A stretch of DNA of 32,000 nucleotides from Fibrobacter succinogenes subsp. succinogenes S85 (GTDB lineage: Bacteria; Fibrobacterota; Fibrobacteria; Fibrobacterales; Fibrobacteraceae): positions 2,760,001 to 2,792,000 of the forward strand of contig NC_017448.1 in assembly GCF_000146505.1 (NCBI RefSeq). Reading direction: 5' to 3'. Position numbers and translations under genes: made by a program. Of the stretch, positions 14,502-22,700 are shown piece after piece (positions within the stretch are counted from its first letter, which is position 1; each line of letters starts with the position of its first letter). The notes beneath the pieces were generated by a model. It saw only the letters and a list, made by a program, of their open reading frames with translations. It made no database searches and was not told where the DNA came from.

Positions 14502-14559
14502 CCTCAGAGGGCCGTAGGCCCGACCCCATACCTCAAAGCGCCGTAGGCGCGACCTCATA
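14502..14559. repeat. Tandem 29-nt repeat (2 copies), each with a 5-bp GC hairpin; REP-like
   Basis: Copy 1 is CCTCAGAGGGCCGTAGGCCCGACCCCATA (14502-14530). Copy 2 is CCTCAAAGCGCCGTAGGCGCGACCTCATA (14531-14559). There are 4 differences, and 2 of them convert a G-C pair to C-G within the stem GGGCC-GTA-GGCCC versus GCGCC-GTA-GGCGC. Confidence 0.85.
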
Positions 14560-14564
14560 CCCCT

Positions 14565-15356
14565 ATGCAATTAAAACTCGGTATTTCCACTTGTCCTAAC
14601 GACACCTTCATTTACGAATCCTTGCTTTGCGGGCTCGAAAATTCCCCGTTTGAATGGAAAGTCACATTTGCCGATGTCCAGACGCTCAATGAAATGGTCC
14701 TCCGTGGCGAACTCGATGTCGCAAAGATCAGTGCTCAGGTCTATCCTCAAATTGCCGAAACGTACCGTTGCCTCGGTTGCGGGGGCGCTATCGGGTATGG
14801 TTGTGGCCCTCTTCTGCTCTCCTCGGCATCCGATTCGTTCAATCCGAACCTCCCAACGACCCTTCCGGGCGCAAATACGACCGCTGCGCTCCTTTTCAAG
14901 TTCTGGTACGCCCATCAGTTCAAAAATACCCCAAAACTCGAATACGCCCTCTTTAACGAGGTCTACCAGGGCCTCCTCGGTCAAAGTATCCCCCAGGGCG
15001 TGACTATCCACGAACACCGCTTTACGTGGAAACGCGACGGGCTCCACCTTTTGCAGGACTTGGGCGCCTATTGGGAACAGGAAACGGGTTCTCCGATCCC
15101 GCTGGGTATCGCTGTGGCAAAAAAGGAACTAGGCGATGCGACTATTGAATCTGTCGAGCTAGAAATTCGTCGCAGTCTCCAGATTGCCCGCCAAAGGCAA
15201 AATCCGGTGACCCCCTTTATCGTCAAAAAAGCCCAGATTGATGACGATGAAGTCATCAAGTCCCACATCGCGATGTTCGTGAATGACTTCTCCGAAAATG
15301 TTGGAGAGGCGGGCTGGAGGGCGCTCGACAATCTGTGGCGGTTATCACACTGTTGA
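14565..15356 (+). CDS. mqnD: 1,4-dihydroxy-6-naphthoate synthase-like (MqnD, VitK2_biosynth family)
   Basis: The N-terminal LKLGISTCPNDTFIYESLLCG matches the MqnD signature (SPCPNDTF); 263 aa. No SD upstream; the 29-nt repeats abut the start. Confidence 0.75.
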   Translation: MQLKLGISTCPNDTFIYESLLCGLENSPFEWKVTFADVQTLNEMVLRGELDVAKISAQVYPQIAETYRCLGCGGAIGYGCGPLLLSSASDSFNPNLPTTLPGANTTAALLFKFWYAHQFKNTPKLEYALFNEVYQGLLGQSIPQGVTIHEHRFTWKRDGLHLLQDLGAYWEQETGSPIPLGIAVAKKELGDATIESVELEIRRSLQIARQRQNPVTPFIVKKAQIDDDEVIKSHIAMFVNDFSENVGEAGWRALDNLWRLSHC

Positions 15357-15482
15357 TAAGTTGTTAAGTAAGCTCTATTCTATGTAATAGTTTATAAACG
15401 TAAACGTAATTTTGCAAAACAGCGAATTTTTAGCAAAAACTTTATTTATTTTCCAAAAAGCATCTTTTTTTGGAGTTTGCTT

Positions 15483-15683
15483 ATGAGTTTAGTAAACGAT
15501 CTCGAACTAGAAATTGAAAATTTCAAACGCGAATACGAGAAATTCGAACGCGGCAACAAATCGGCTGGCACGCGCGCTCGCAAGGTCTTGCAGAACATCA
15601 AGAAGACCTGCCAAGAGATCCGCGTTTCAATTCAAGGTGCAAAGAAGGAGGAGGAGAAGGACGATCTTCCGAGCGAGGATTGA
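15483..15683 (+). CDS. Small histone-H1/Hc1-like DNA-binding protein (66 aa)
   Basis: GGAG RBS 7 nt upstream of the ATG at 15483. ERGNKSAGTRARKVLQNIKKTCQEIRVSIQ resembles the N-terminal domain of chlamydial Hc1 (GNKAAAQRVR...) and the ~60-aa histone-H1-like proteins of Bacteroidetes. Acidic tail. Confidence 0.65.
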   Translation: MSLVNDLELEIENFKREYEKFERGNKSAGTRARKVLQNIKKTCQEIRVSIQGAKKEEEKDDLPSED

Positions 15684-15756
15684 CAGATAAGTTATCCCCA
15701 AAAGGTTATACCTGTGTAATTTTTACACGAAAAATGGCGTTTTTGACGAAAAGTAT

Positions 15757-15785
15757 TTGACTAAAGTCATTTTTGAAGGTATATT
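15757..15785 (+). promoter_or_regulatory. Near-consensus sigma70-type promoter of the envelope cluster
   Basis: TTGACT (15757-15762), exactly 17-nt spacer, TATATT (15780-15785), ~84 nt upstream of the ATG at 15869. Confidence 0.5.
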
Positions 15786-15868
15786 CCACCATGGGTTTTG
15801 TGTTTGCCAAACTGGCAAACGTATGTTCAACGAATTTAAGTGTTCTATGATTGGAGAAACGTAGCAGT

Positions 15869-17386
15869 ATGACCCTAAAGAAACTGGTCTTAATTACGGC
15901 CGGGGCGATGCTTCTTTCAGGAACCGCCATGGCAAAGAATATCAACGTGCCTGGCGATTTCGCAAAGATTGCAGATGCTCTCGGAAATGCGGATGCCGGG
16001 GATACAATCCTTGTCAAACGCGGTGTTTATAACGAAAACATCACCTTGATCATGGGTGTTGTTCTCAAGGGCGAGGACCCATTGTCTACCATCATTGATG
16101 GTGGTCGCCGTGGTCCGACCGTCATGGGTACTTCGGGCGCTGAAATGTCGCACTTCACTGTGAGGAACGGTCTTGAAGGTATCCTTTGCGAAAACGCTGC
16201 CCCCTACATTCATCATTGCTATGTGATCGATAACCATGCAACGGGTATCGGTGCCTTTATTTCTCTGCCGTGGCTCCGCAACAACGTGGTGTACGGCAAC
16301 CGCTGGTCCGGTATTCTCGCCTGGGGTGCTAAGTCTCTCGATGCCTACATCGAACAGAACGTCGTGCTCCGCAACGGCTATTCCGGCCTTACCTTGAAGG
16401 GTCCGACCAACTTGGTCGCCCGTAACAACATCTTCATGGAAAACCACTACTACGGTGTGTTTGCTGACCCGGCTGCCGGCCAGACGAAGGTGGAATACAA
16501 CAACATCTACAAGAACTACTACCCGTTCAACCAGTTCATCAAGGTGAACCGCACGAACGTGTCCTTGGACCCGAAGTTCAACAACCCGTCTCTCGGCAAC
16601 CCGAACTTCTTCTGCCAGTCCACCTCTCCGATGATCAAGCGCGGTAAGGGCAAGCTGGATATCGGTCTTACTGCAACTGACGTCGTTAAGGAAGAAGAAG
16701 CTGTCGAAGAAACTCGTAATCCGGATACCGATGGCGATGGCCTTTGCGATCCGTGGGTTTCTGAAGAAGGTCTCTCCGAAAAGTACGCTGGCGTTTGCAC
16801 CGGTTTCGATAACTGCCCGGAAGAAGCTGAAGACTTCGACGGCTATCAGGACGACGATGGTTGCCCGGATGCCGACAACGACCGCGACGGTCTCTGCGAC
16901 CCGTGGGTTGAAGCCAAGGGTATGCTTTCTCAGTACGCTCACATCTGTAAGGGTGTGGACCTCTGCCCGGAACAGGCTGAATCTCTGAACAACTACAAGG
17001 ACGACGATGGTTGCCCGGATGAAGTTCCGCAGCCGCCGAAGAAGGTCTTTGTTCTTGAAGGCGTGAACTTCGAATCTGGTAAGTCCACGATTACTCAGGA
17101 CTCCTACATCTCCTTGATGAAGGTTGTCGATATCATGGAAACCTTCCCAGAAGCTACATTTGAAATCGTTGGTCATACTGATAACATCGGTAACAAGGAT
17201 AAGAACATGACCCTCTCCGCAGACCGTGCAAACGCTGTGAAGAACTTCCTTGTCGAAAAGGGCATTGCCGAAAGCCGTATGACTACTCAGGGCATGGGCG
17301 ATACTAAGCCTGTTGCTTCCAACAAGACACCTGAAGGACGTGCGCAGAACCGTCGTATCGAGTTCATCCGCACGGATATTAAGTAA
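15869..17386 (+). CDS. Secreted right-handed beta-helix (PbH1/NosD-like) - thrombospondin type-3 repeat - OmpA_C peptidoglycan-binding protein
   Basis: Start at MTLKKLVLI (GGAGA RBS). Signal peptide ends in AMA|KN, with no lipobox. Repeated xNxVxxNxxxGI beta-helix turns (VRNGLEGI, VIDNHATGI, VYGNRWSGI, VLRNGYSGL, IFMENHYYGV). Two ~47-aa Asp/Cys-rich TSP3-like modules (DGDGLCDPWV...DDDGCPD twice). OmpA_C domain: FEIVGHTDNIGNKDKNMTLSADRANAVKNFL...RAQNRRIEF. Confidence 0.85.
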   Translation: MTLKKLVLITAGAMLLSGTAMAKNINVPGDFAKIADALGNADAGDTILVKRGVYNENITLIMGVVLKGEDPLSTIIDGGRRGPTVMGTSGAEMSHFTVRNGLEGILCENAAPYIHHCYVIDNHATGIGAFISLPWLRNNVVYGNRWSGILAWGAKSLDAYIEQNVVLRNGYSGLTLKGPTNLVARNNIFMENHYYGVFADPAAGQTKVEYNNIYKNYYPFNQFIKVNRTNVSLDPKFNNPSLGNPNFFCQSTSPMIKRGKGKLDIGLTATDVVKEEEAVEETRNPDTDGDGLCDPWVSEEGLSEKYAGVCTGFDNCPEEAEDFDGYQDDDGCPDADNDRDGLCDPWVEAKGMLSQYAHICKGVDLCPEQAESLNNYKDDDGCPDEVPQPPKKVFVLEGVNFESGKSTITQDSYISLMKVVDIMETFPEATFEIVGHTDNIGNKDKNMTLSADRANAVKNFLVEKGIAESRMTTQGMGDTKPVASNKTPEGRAQNRRIEFIRTDIK

Positions 17387-17397
17387 AGGAGTAGGTG

Positions 17398-19638
17398 ATG
17401 TTGCGTACTAGTTTCATCAAGACGTCCGCTCTCGGACTTGCCGTAGCCAGCACTTCTTTGTTTGCAGAGGCAACCTACACGCCGAATAAGTATCAGCAGA
17501 ATGACTGGTTTGCAGAATTTGGTGGTAACACCTCGATGTATGTGAACCCGGCTGGTATTTCTGAAACAGATCAGCTCGAATTCAGCGCTGCTTTCTTTAG
17601 CACCATCAGTGGCGAAGCTAGCCAGGAATACGTCAGCTTGACGTACCCGATTGACTACAAGCACACTTTGGGCTTCTCCCTTTTTGAAAACGGTGCTTCT
17701 ATCGAAGGTGGCGAATCCTATAGCGAAATTGCCGCAATGTTCGGCTATTCCTACAGACTTTTCCACTTGCTCTCCCTCGGTGTCAGTGTCGACGTGCTTT
17801 ACATCAACCAGTTTGATGAACTCAAGCAGCTCACTGTCGGTGCCGACGTGGGCTTGAGCTGGAACCCGCTTGCTTCTTCGAAGTACGGTTACTTGCTCAT
17901 TGGCGCTAGCCTCCAGAACATCCTTGCTCCGGCTGTCAGCGAAGCTGATGGCGACGGTAGCTTCAAGTTCGTGTTCATGGGCGCTGCCGATGCTTACAAG
18001 ATCCCGACAAACCTGAACTTGTCCTTGTTCTATCGCGGATTCAACCGTCTCCTTGAAATGAAGGCTGAATTCTCTTTCATCGATATCATTCATGATTCCG
18101 ATGAAGGTGGTAAGGGTGCTAACCTCGAAATGAGCTTCACCTTGACCTACTACCTTTCTTCTCACCTTGGTGTTCGCGCTCGCTTCACTAAGGAAGGCTA
18201 CCCGGTTATCGGTGCTACGGTTAACGTCAAGGATGTCAGCATCTTCCGTTACCTCGCTCTTGACCTTGAAATGTCTCACGACGACCTTTGGGCCAAGAAG
18301 AACCGTGGCTTTGTCTGGGCTGTCAAGCTCACGACCCGCTTCGGTGACACTCGTGAAGAAAAGATCGGTGAAGAACGTTATCGCCGCTTGAAGATCGAAC
18401 CTGAAAACGACTACCGCGCTGCAATGCGTCTGTACTTGAACCGTCAGTTCCTCGAAGCTGCTTATGCCTTCGGTAAGGTTCAGACCAAGTACCCGGCATT
18501 CCACCTCGTTGACCAGGCTGCTTTCTACAAGGCAAAGTCTTTCGAAAACCTCCGTATGCACAAGGCTGCTAAGTCTGTCTACGAAGACGCTATCAAGCGC
18601 TATCCGCAGAGCGACCAGCGCGCTAAGTATCACTTCCAGTTGATGAACATCGACTATAAGGAAGGCAAGTACACGGAAGCTATGACCAAGTATCAGAACA
18701 TTGCCCAGAAGTTTGGTGAAAGCGACGTGAAGGCTGACGCTGACTACGTTGCCGGCCAGATCAAGTTCGAACAGGGCCTCTATCAGGAATCTGTCGACCT
18801 GCTCGCCTCCATCCTCCCGGGTAACGCCAACTACTTCTACGCTCGCTATACCATGGGTATCGCCAACAGCCGTATGGGTAAGTTTGACGAAGCTGAAAAC
18901 TGCTTCCGCGACATTACGGAACAGCCGGTTTCCAACCAGTCTGAACGCGACCTCCAGGACGCTGCAAGAGTTAAGCTCGGCCACCTCTTCTTCTCTGGTG
19001 AAAAGCCGGACATCGCAGCTGCCGCTCAGATGTATGGCCAGGTCCAGAAGGAATCTCCGGTATTTGACGAAGCTATGCTCGGTATTGCATGGTCCTTCCT
19101 CAAGGTCAACAAGCCAGACGAAGCTATCAAGCCGGCCAAGTGGATCATTTCCAACCTTCCGGAATCCTTCCTCGTGTCCGAAGCTTACCTCGTGATTGGT
19201 TACTGCCACTTCATGAAGAAGAACTATCAGGATGCTCTTGAAGCTTTGACTCAGGCTGAAAAGCGCACGGAACAGCCGATTGTGTCTGTCGCATCTCGCG
19301 ATAGCGCTCGCCAGGCTTACGATGCAATGCAGAGCCAGTTCGACTCCGTTCAGGTTCTTGCCTTGGATCTTGCTCGCCAGTTGCCGACTCCTCGTGTGGA
19401 AAGCAAGCGCGAAGCTTTGCGTCCGACGTTCAACAAGGCTAACCAGGCTATTGAAGATTACGCTTCGTTCATGCAGAGATCTATCCAGAGTGACCGCTTC
19501 GAATCCAACCGTAAGCGCATTTTGGATGACGCAGGCTTTACCAAGGCTACCCTCTTGTCTAAGATGGGCGGTGCAGGCGGTGGAACCTCCAAGAACTCTG
19601 GTGCATCTGAAATGCCCTCGTTGGAGGACGACCTCTAA
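17398..19638 (+). CDS. Fusion protein: N-terminal OM beta-barrel-like domain (~300 aa) + C-terminal YbgF/BamD-like TPR domain
   Basis: AAAGGAG RBS; ATG at 17398 (a GTG at 17395 is also possible). Signal peptide ends in SLFAEA. Strand-like segments carry an NPAG motif near the N-terminus (NTSMYVNPAGI). From ~aa 330 there are repeated TPR-like helices (YRAAMRLYLNRQFLEAAYAFGKV, KSVYEDAIKRYPQS, YTEAMTKYQNIAQKF...). Confidence 0.75.
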   Translation: MLRTSFIKTSALGLAVASTSLFAEATYTPNKYQQNDWFAEFGGNTSMYVNPAGISETDQLEFSAAFFSTISGEASQEYVSLTYPIDYKHTLGFSLFENGASIEGGESYSEIAAMFGYSYRLFHLLSLGVSVDVLYINQFDELKQLTVGADVGLSWNPLASSKYGYLLIGASLQNILAPAVSEADGDGSFKFVFMGAADAYKIPTNLNLSLFYRGFNRLLEMKAEFSFIDIIHDSDEGGKGANLEMSFTLTYYLSSHLGVRARFTKEGYPVIGATVNVKDVSIFRYLALDLEMSHDDLWAKKNRGFVWAVKLTTRFGDTREEKIGEERYRRLKIEPENDYRAAMRLYLNRQFLEAAYAFGKVQTKYPAFHLVDQAAFYKAKSFENLRMHKAAKSVYEDAIKRYPQSDQRAKYHFQLMNIDYKEGKYTEAMTKYQNIAQKFGESDVKADADYVAGQIKFEQGLYQESVDLLASILPGNANYFYARYTMGIANSRMGKFDEAENCFRDITEQPVSNQSERDLQDAARVKLGHLFFSGEKPDIAAAAQMYGQVQKESPVFDEAMLGIAWSFLKVNKPDEAIKPAKWIISNLPESFLVSEAYLVIGYCHFMKKNYQDALEALTQAEKRTEQPIVSVASRDSARQAYDAMQSQFDSVQVLALDLARQLPTPRVESKREALRPTFNKANQAIEDYASFMQRSIQSDRFESNRKRILDDAGFTKATLLSKMGGAGGGTSKNSGASEMPSLEDDL

Positions 19639-19650
19639 TAGCTATAGTTG

Positions 19651-19689
19651 CGGGCCCGCTTAAAACCGGGTCCGTCCTTTTTATTTTTT
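19651..19689 (+). terminator. Hairpin plus T-tract between the two TPR genes (attenuator/partial terminator)
   Basis: An 8-bp stem (CGGGCCCG / CGGGTCCG, one G-U pair) with an 8-nt loop, followed by GTCCTTTTTATTTTTT. Confidence 0.35.
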
Positions 19690-19717
19690 AGAAATAATCA
19701 TAGGTGGATAGAGAACG

Positions 19718-22700
19718 ATGAAAAATCTATTGCTCGTTTCAGCAATTGTTTGCTCCATGGCCGGAACATCTTTTGCTGCATCGGATCCGTGTAAAGATAA
19801 GACTACCGAAGCAAAGAATCTTTACGCAAAGTGCAAATCCATTGGAAAGGGCAACGCTGGTTATGAACAGTGCGCCAGTTCCTATAGAGTTATTAAGAAC
19901 CAGGCCGAACAGGCTTGCCGTTCTGGTGGCCTTGATGAACAGGGCATGCGCGATGCTATCGCCCAGTGGGAACGTCAGGTTGAACGCTGCAAGGGCAAGG
20001 TAAGCAACCGTTGCGCTAGCTCCTTGCAACAGTTGGGTCACTATCAGTTCCAGCTCGAAGAAAAGCAGTTCCTCGACAAGAACGCCCAGTATGAAGAAGA
20101 TGTCGCATGGTGCGCTGACCGCGATAACAAGCCGGCAAAGTGCGCCAACATTGGTCAGTTCCCGAAGCCTGACCATCAGAAGTCCTTGGGCTATTTCCTC
20201 GAATACATCGACAAGTATCCGAAGGAAGCTAAGGCTCCGACCGTGATTTACCAGGCCGCTGCCGTGCAGGAAGCCAGTGGCGAAGACGACAAGGCATACA
20301 AGCTCCGTATGCAGCTCGTTCGCGACTTCCCGGACAACGGTCTCGTGCCGAAGGCATGGCTCCGTATTGCAGAATACCACTTCATGAACCGTAAGTTCAA
20401 GGACGCTATCGGTGCCTATAAGAAGGTGACCGGCTTCGAAAACCTCACGGGTAAGGAAGCTGCACTTGCCATGTACCACTTGGCAGAATCTTACTACAAC
20501 ACTGCCGAATACGAAATCGCTGCTAAGCAGTATTTCGATTACATCGTCGGTGCCGACAAGGGTAAATACCCGAACGACTTGCGCGCAGAAGCTATGGACT
20601 TCATGGCTGCTTCCTTCTCTGACTTGGAAGGTGGTGGTGTCCAGGAAGCTGAAGCTTTCTTGAGGGACAAGAAGGTTCCGTTCAAGGACTCCGTCTACTA
20701 CCGCATCGGTATGAAGAACAAGGACCATGACCGTAACGAAGAAGCTGTCCAGTCCTTCAAGCGCTTGATGAACATCAACCCGGACTACATCGACGCTCCG
20801 CTCGCCGATATCGCCATGATCGAAATCTTGATCGTGCAGCAGAAGTTCGAAGATGCTCAGGCTCACCGCTACGAAGTTGTGAAGCGCTATGACCGCAACT
20901 CTTCTTGGTACAAGAAGAACCAGAAGTATCCGGAATCTGTGAAGAATGCTGAAAAGGCCATCCGTGGCGCTATGCTTGACATTCCGCAGTACCACCACGC
21001 TCAGGCTGCTAAGCTCACCAAGGAAGGTGATATCGAAGGCGGTAAGAGACAGTATTCTAAGGCTATTGAAGCTTACGAAGCATTCCTCAAGCGTTATGCC
21101 AAGGAACCGACTTGGGACGAATACAAGGTTCACATCAACCTTGCTCTCGTCTACCAGGAAATGGGTCAGCATGCTAACGCTGCCAAGATGTTCAACTGGA
21201 TCGTTGAAACCGATACGACCCGCTACGGCCGTCGCGAAATGGGTTCTGGCAACCTCCTCACGAAGGATGAAGCTGGTTATAACGCCGTTCTCATGATGGA
21301 CCAGGCTCGCGAAAATGCAAGAAAGACCAAGGCTAACGATGATGCCGTCCAGGCATACAACTTGCCCGAAACCAAGGCCTACTTCGACCAGGTCGACAAG
21401 TACATGGCAAAGTTCGGCAAGAACAAGGAAGCTGCAGAACTTGCATACAACGCCGCTATCGTTCATTACGATGCCAAGCAGTTCAGTGTTGCCGTGAACG
21501 TCCTCCGCAAGCTCAAGAAGGACTTCCCGAAACACCAGTACATTTTGCTCATCAGCCGTATGCTTGCTCAGTCCTTGCTTGAATCCAACCAGCTCGACGA
21601 ATCCCTCACGGAATTTGAATGGCTCCTCAAGCAGTACAAGGCCAAGGAAACTCGCAACGACTCCATGGCTGCTGAAATTGAAAAGGCTATCGCTTACGTT
21701 CTCTTCCAGAAGGCTGAATCCTCTGTCAAGGCTGGCAAGAACGAAGCCGGTGCCAAGGCTTACTTGGACCTCGTGAAGCGCTACCCGAACATCGACATTG
21801 CTGACAAGGCAATCTTCGAAGCCGCTGCCGCTTACGAAGCCACCAACCAGTATAAGAAGGCTGCAGAAACCTTCATGCTCCTCCCGAAGAGCTATGCTAA
21901 GTCTCCGCTCACGGTTAAGGGTATCTTGCGTGCTGCAAGCAACTACAAGAAGGACAAGCAGCCGGTTCAGGCCGCCAAGACGTTCTTGTTCATTACCGAC
22001 AACTTCCCGCAGGATTCTATGGCCTTCTCGGCAATTGGCTTTGCCGCTCAGACCTATGACTCCATCCCGGACAAGAAGCAGGCCGCTATTACCTTCGAAC
22101 TTGCTTACAAGCGCTACCCGCAGAACGAAGAAACTCCGTCCTTCCTCTATAGCGCATGCTTGAGCTATGACGAAGCCAAGATGACCAACGAAGCTATCCG
22201 CTGCTCCAAGGATCTCGTCCGCGACTATCCGAAGAGCTCTTACGCTGTTGACGCTGCCTTCTCTATCCCGATGGCATACGCTAACGCTAAGAAGTGGGAC
22301 CTCGCCATCCAGGAATATCGCAACTTCATCAAGATGTACCAGGAAGACAAGGAAAAGCTCATCGCTGCTTACATCGGTATCGCTCGTGCCTACCGCAACG
22401 TGAAGGACATGGAAAGCTCTGTTGACGCCTATAAGAAGACTCTCGAAGCTTACGACAAGTACGGCTTGCAGATCAAGAACGCAGACGCTGCTATCCCGGC
22501 TGAAGCTGCATTCTATATGGGTGAATACGAATACAACAAGATGGTTCCGGTTGTCTTGAAGGGTAAGGAAAAGGAAAAGGCCAAGATCATCAAGAGCTTG
22601 GTTGAAATCCTCCAGAAGGCTATGGGTCACTACTCCAAGTCTGCTGCTTACGCATCTGAAAAGTGGACCTTCCGCGCCACCAACAAGATGGGTATGCTCT

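Noticed and set aside
14502-14559. A CRISPR-like interpretation of the 29-nt tandem repeat and the heptamer arrays.
   Set aside because: The 29-nt repeat has only two directly adjacent copies with no spacers. The heptamers are far too short. No cas genes are in the window.
15562-15579. A TGGCACGCGCGCTCGCA sigma54-like box ~300 nt upstream of the envelope cluster.
   Set aside because: It lies inside the Hc1-like CDS. The -12 element reads TCGC rather than TTGC and is displaced by one nucleotide relative to GG. A near-consensus sigma70-type promoter lies closer to the cluster.
15791-15850. A 19-codon uORF (MGFVFAKLANVCSTNLSVL) in the predicted leader of the envelope cluster.
   Set aside because: It has no RBS and starts 6 nt after the predicted -10. 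Nothing distinguishes it from a chance ORF. It is noted only as a possibility for ribosome profiling.
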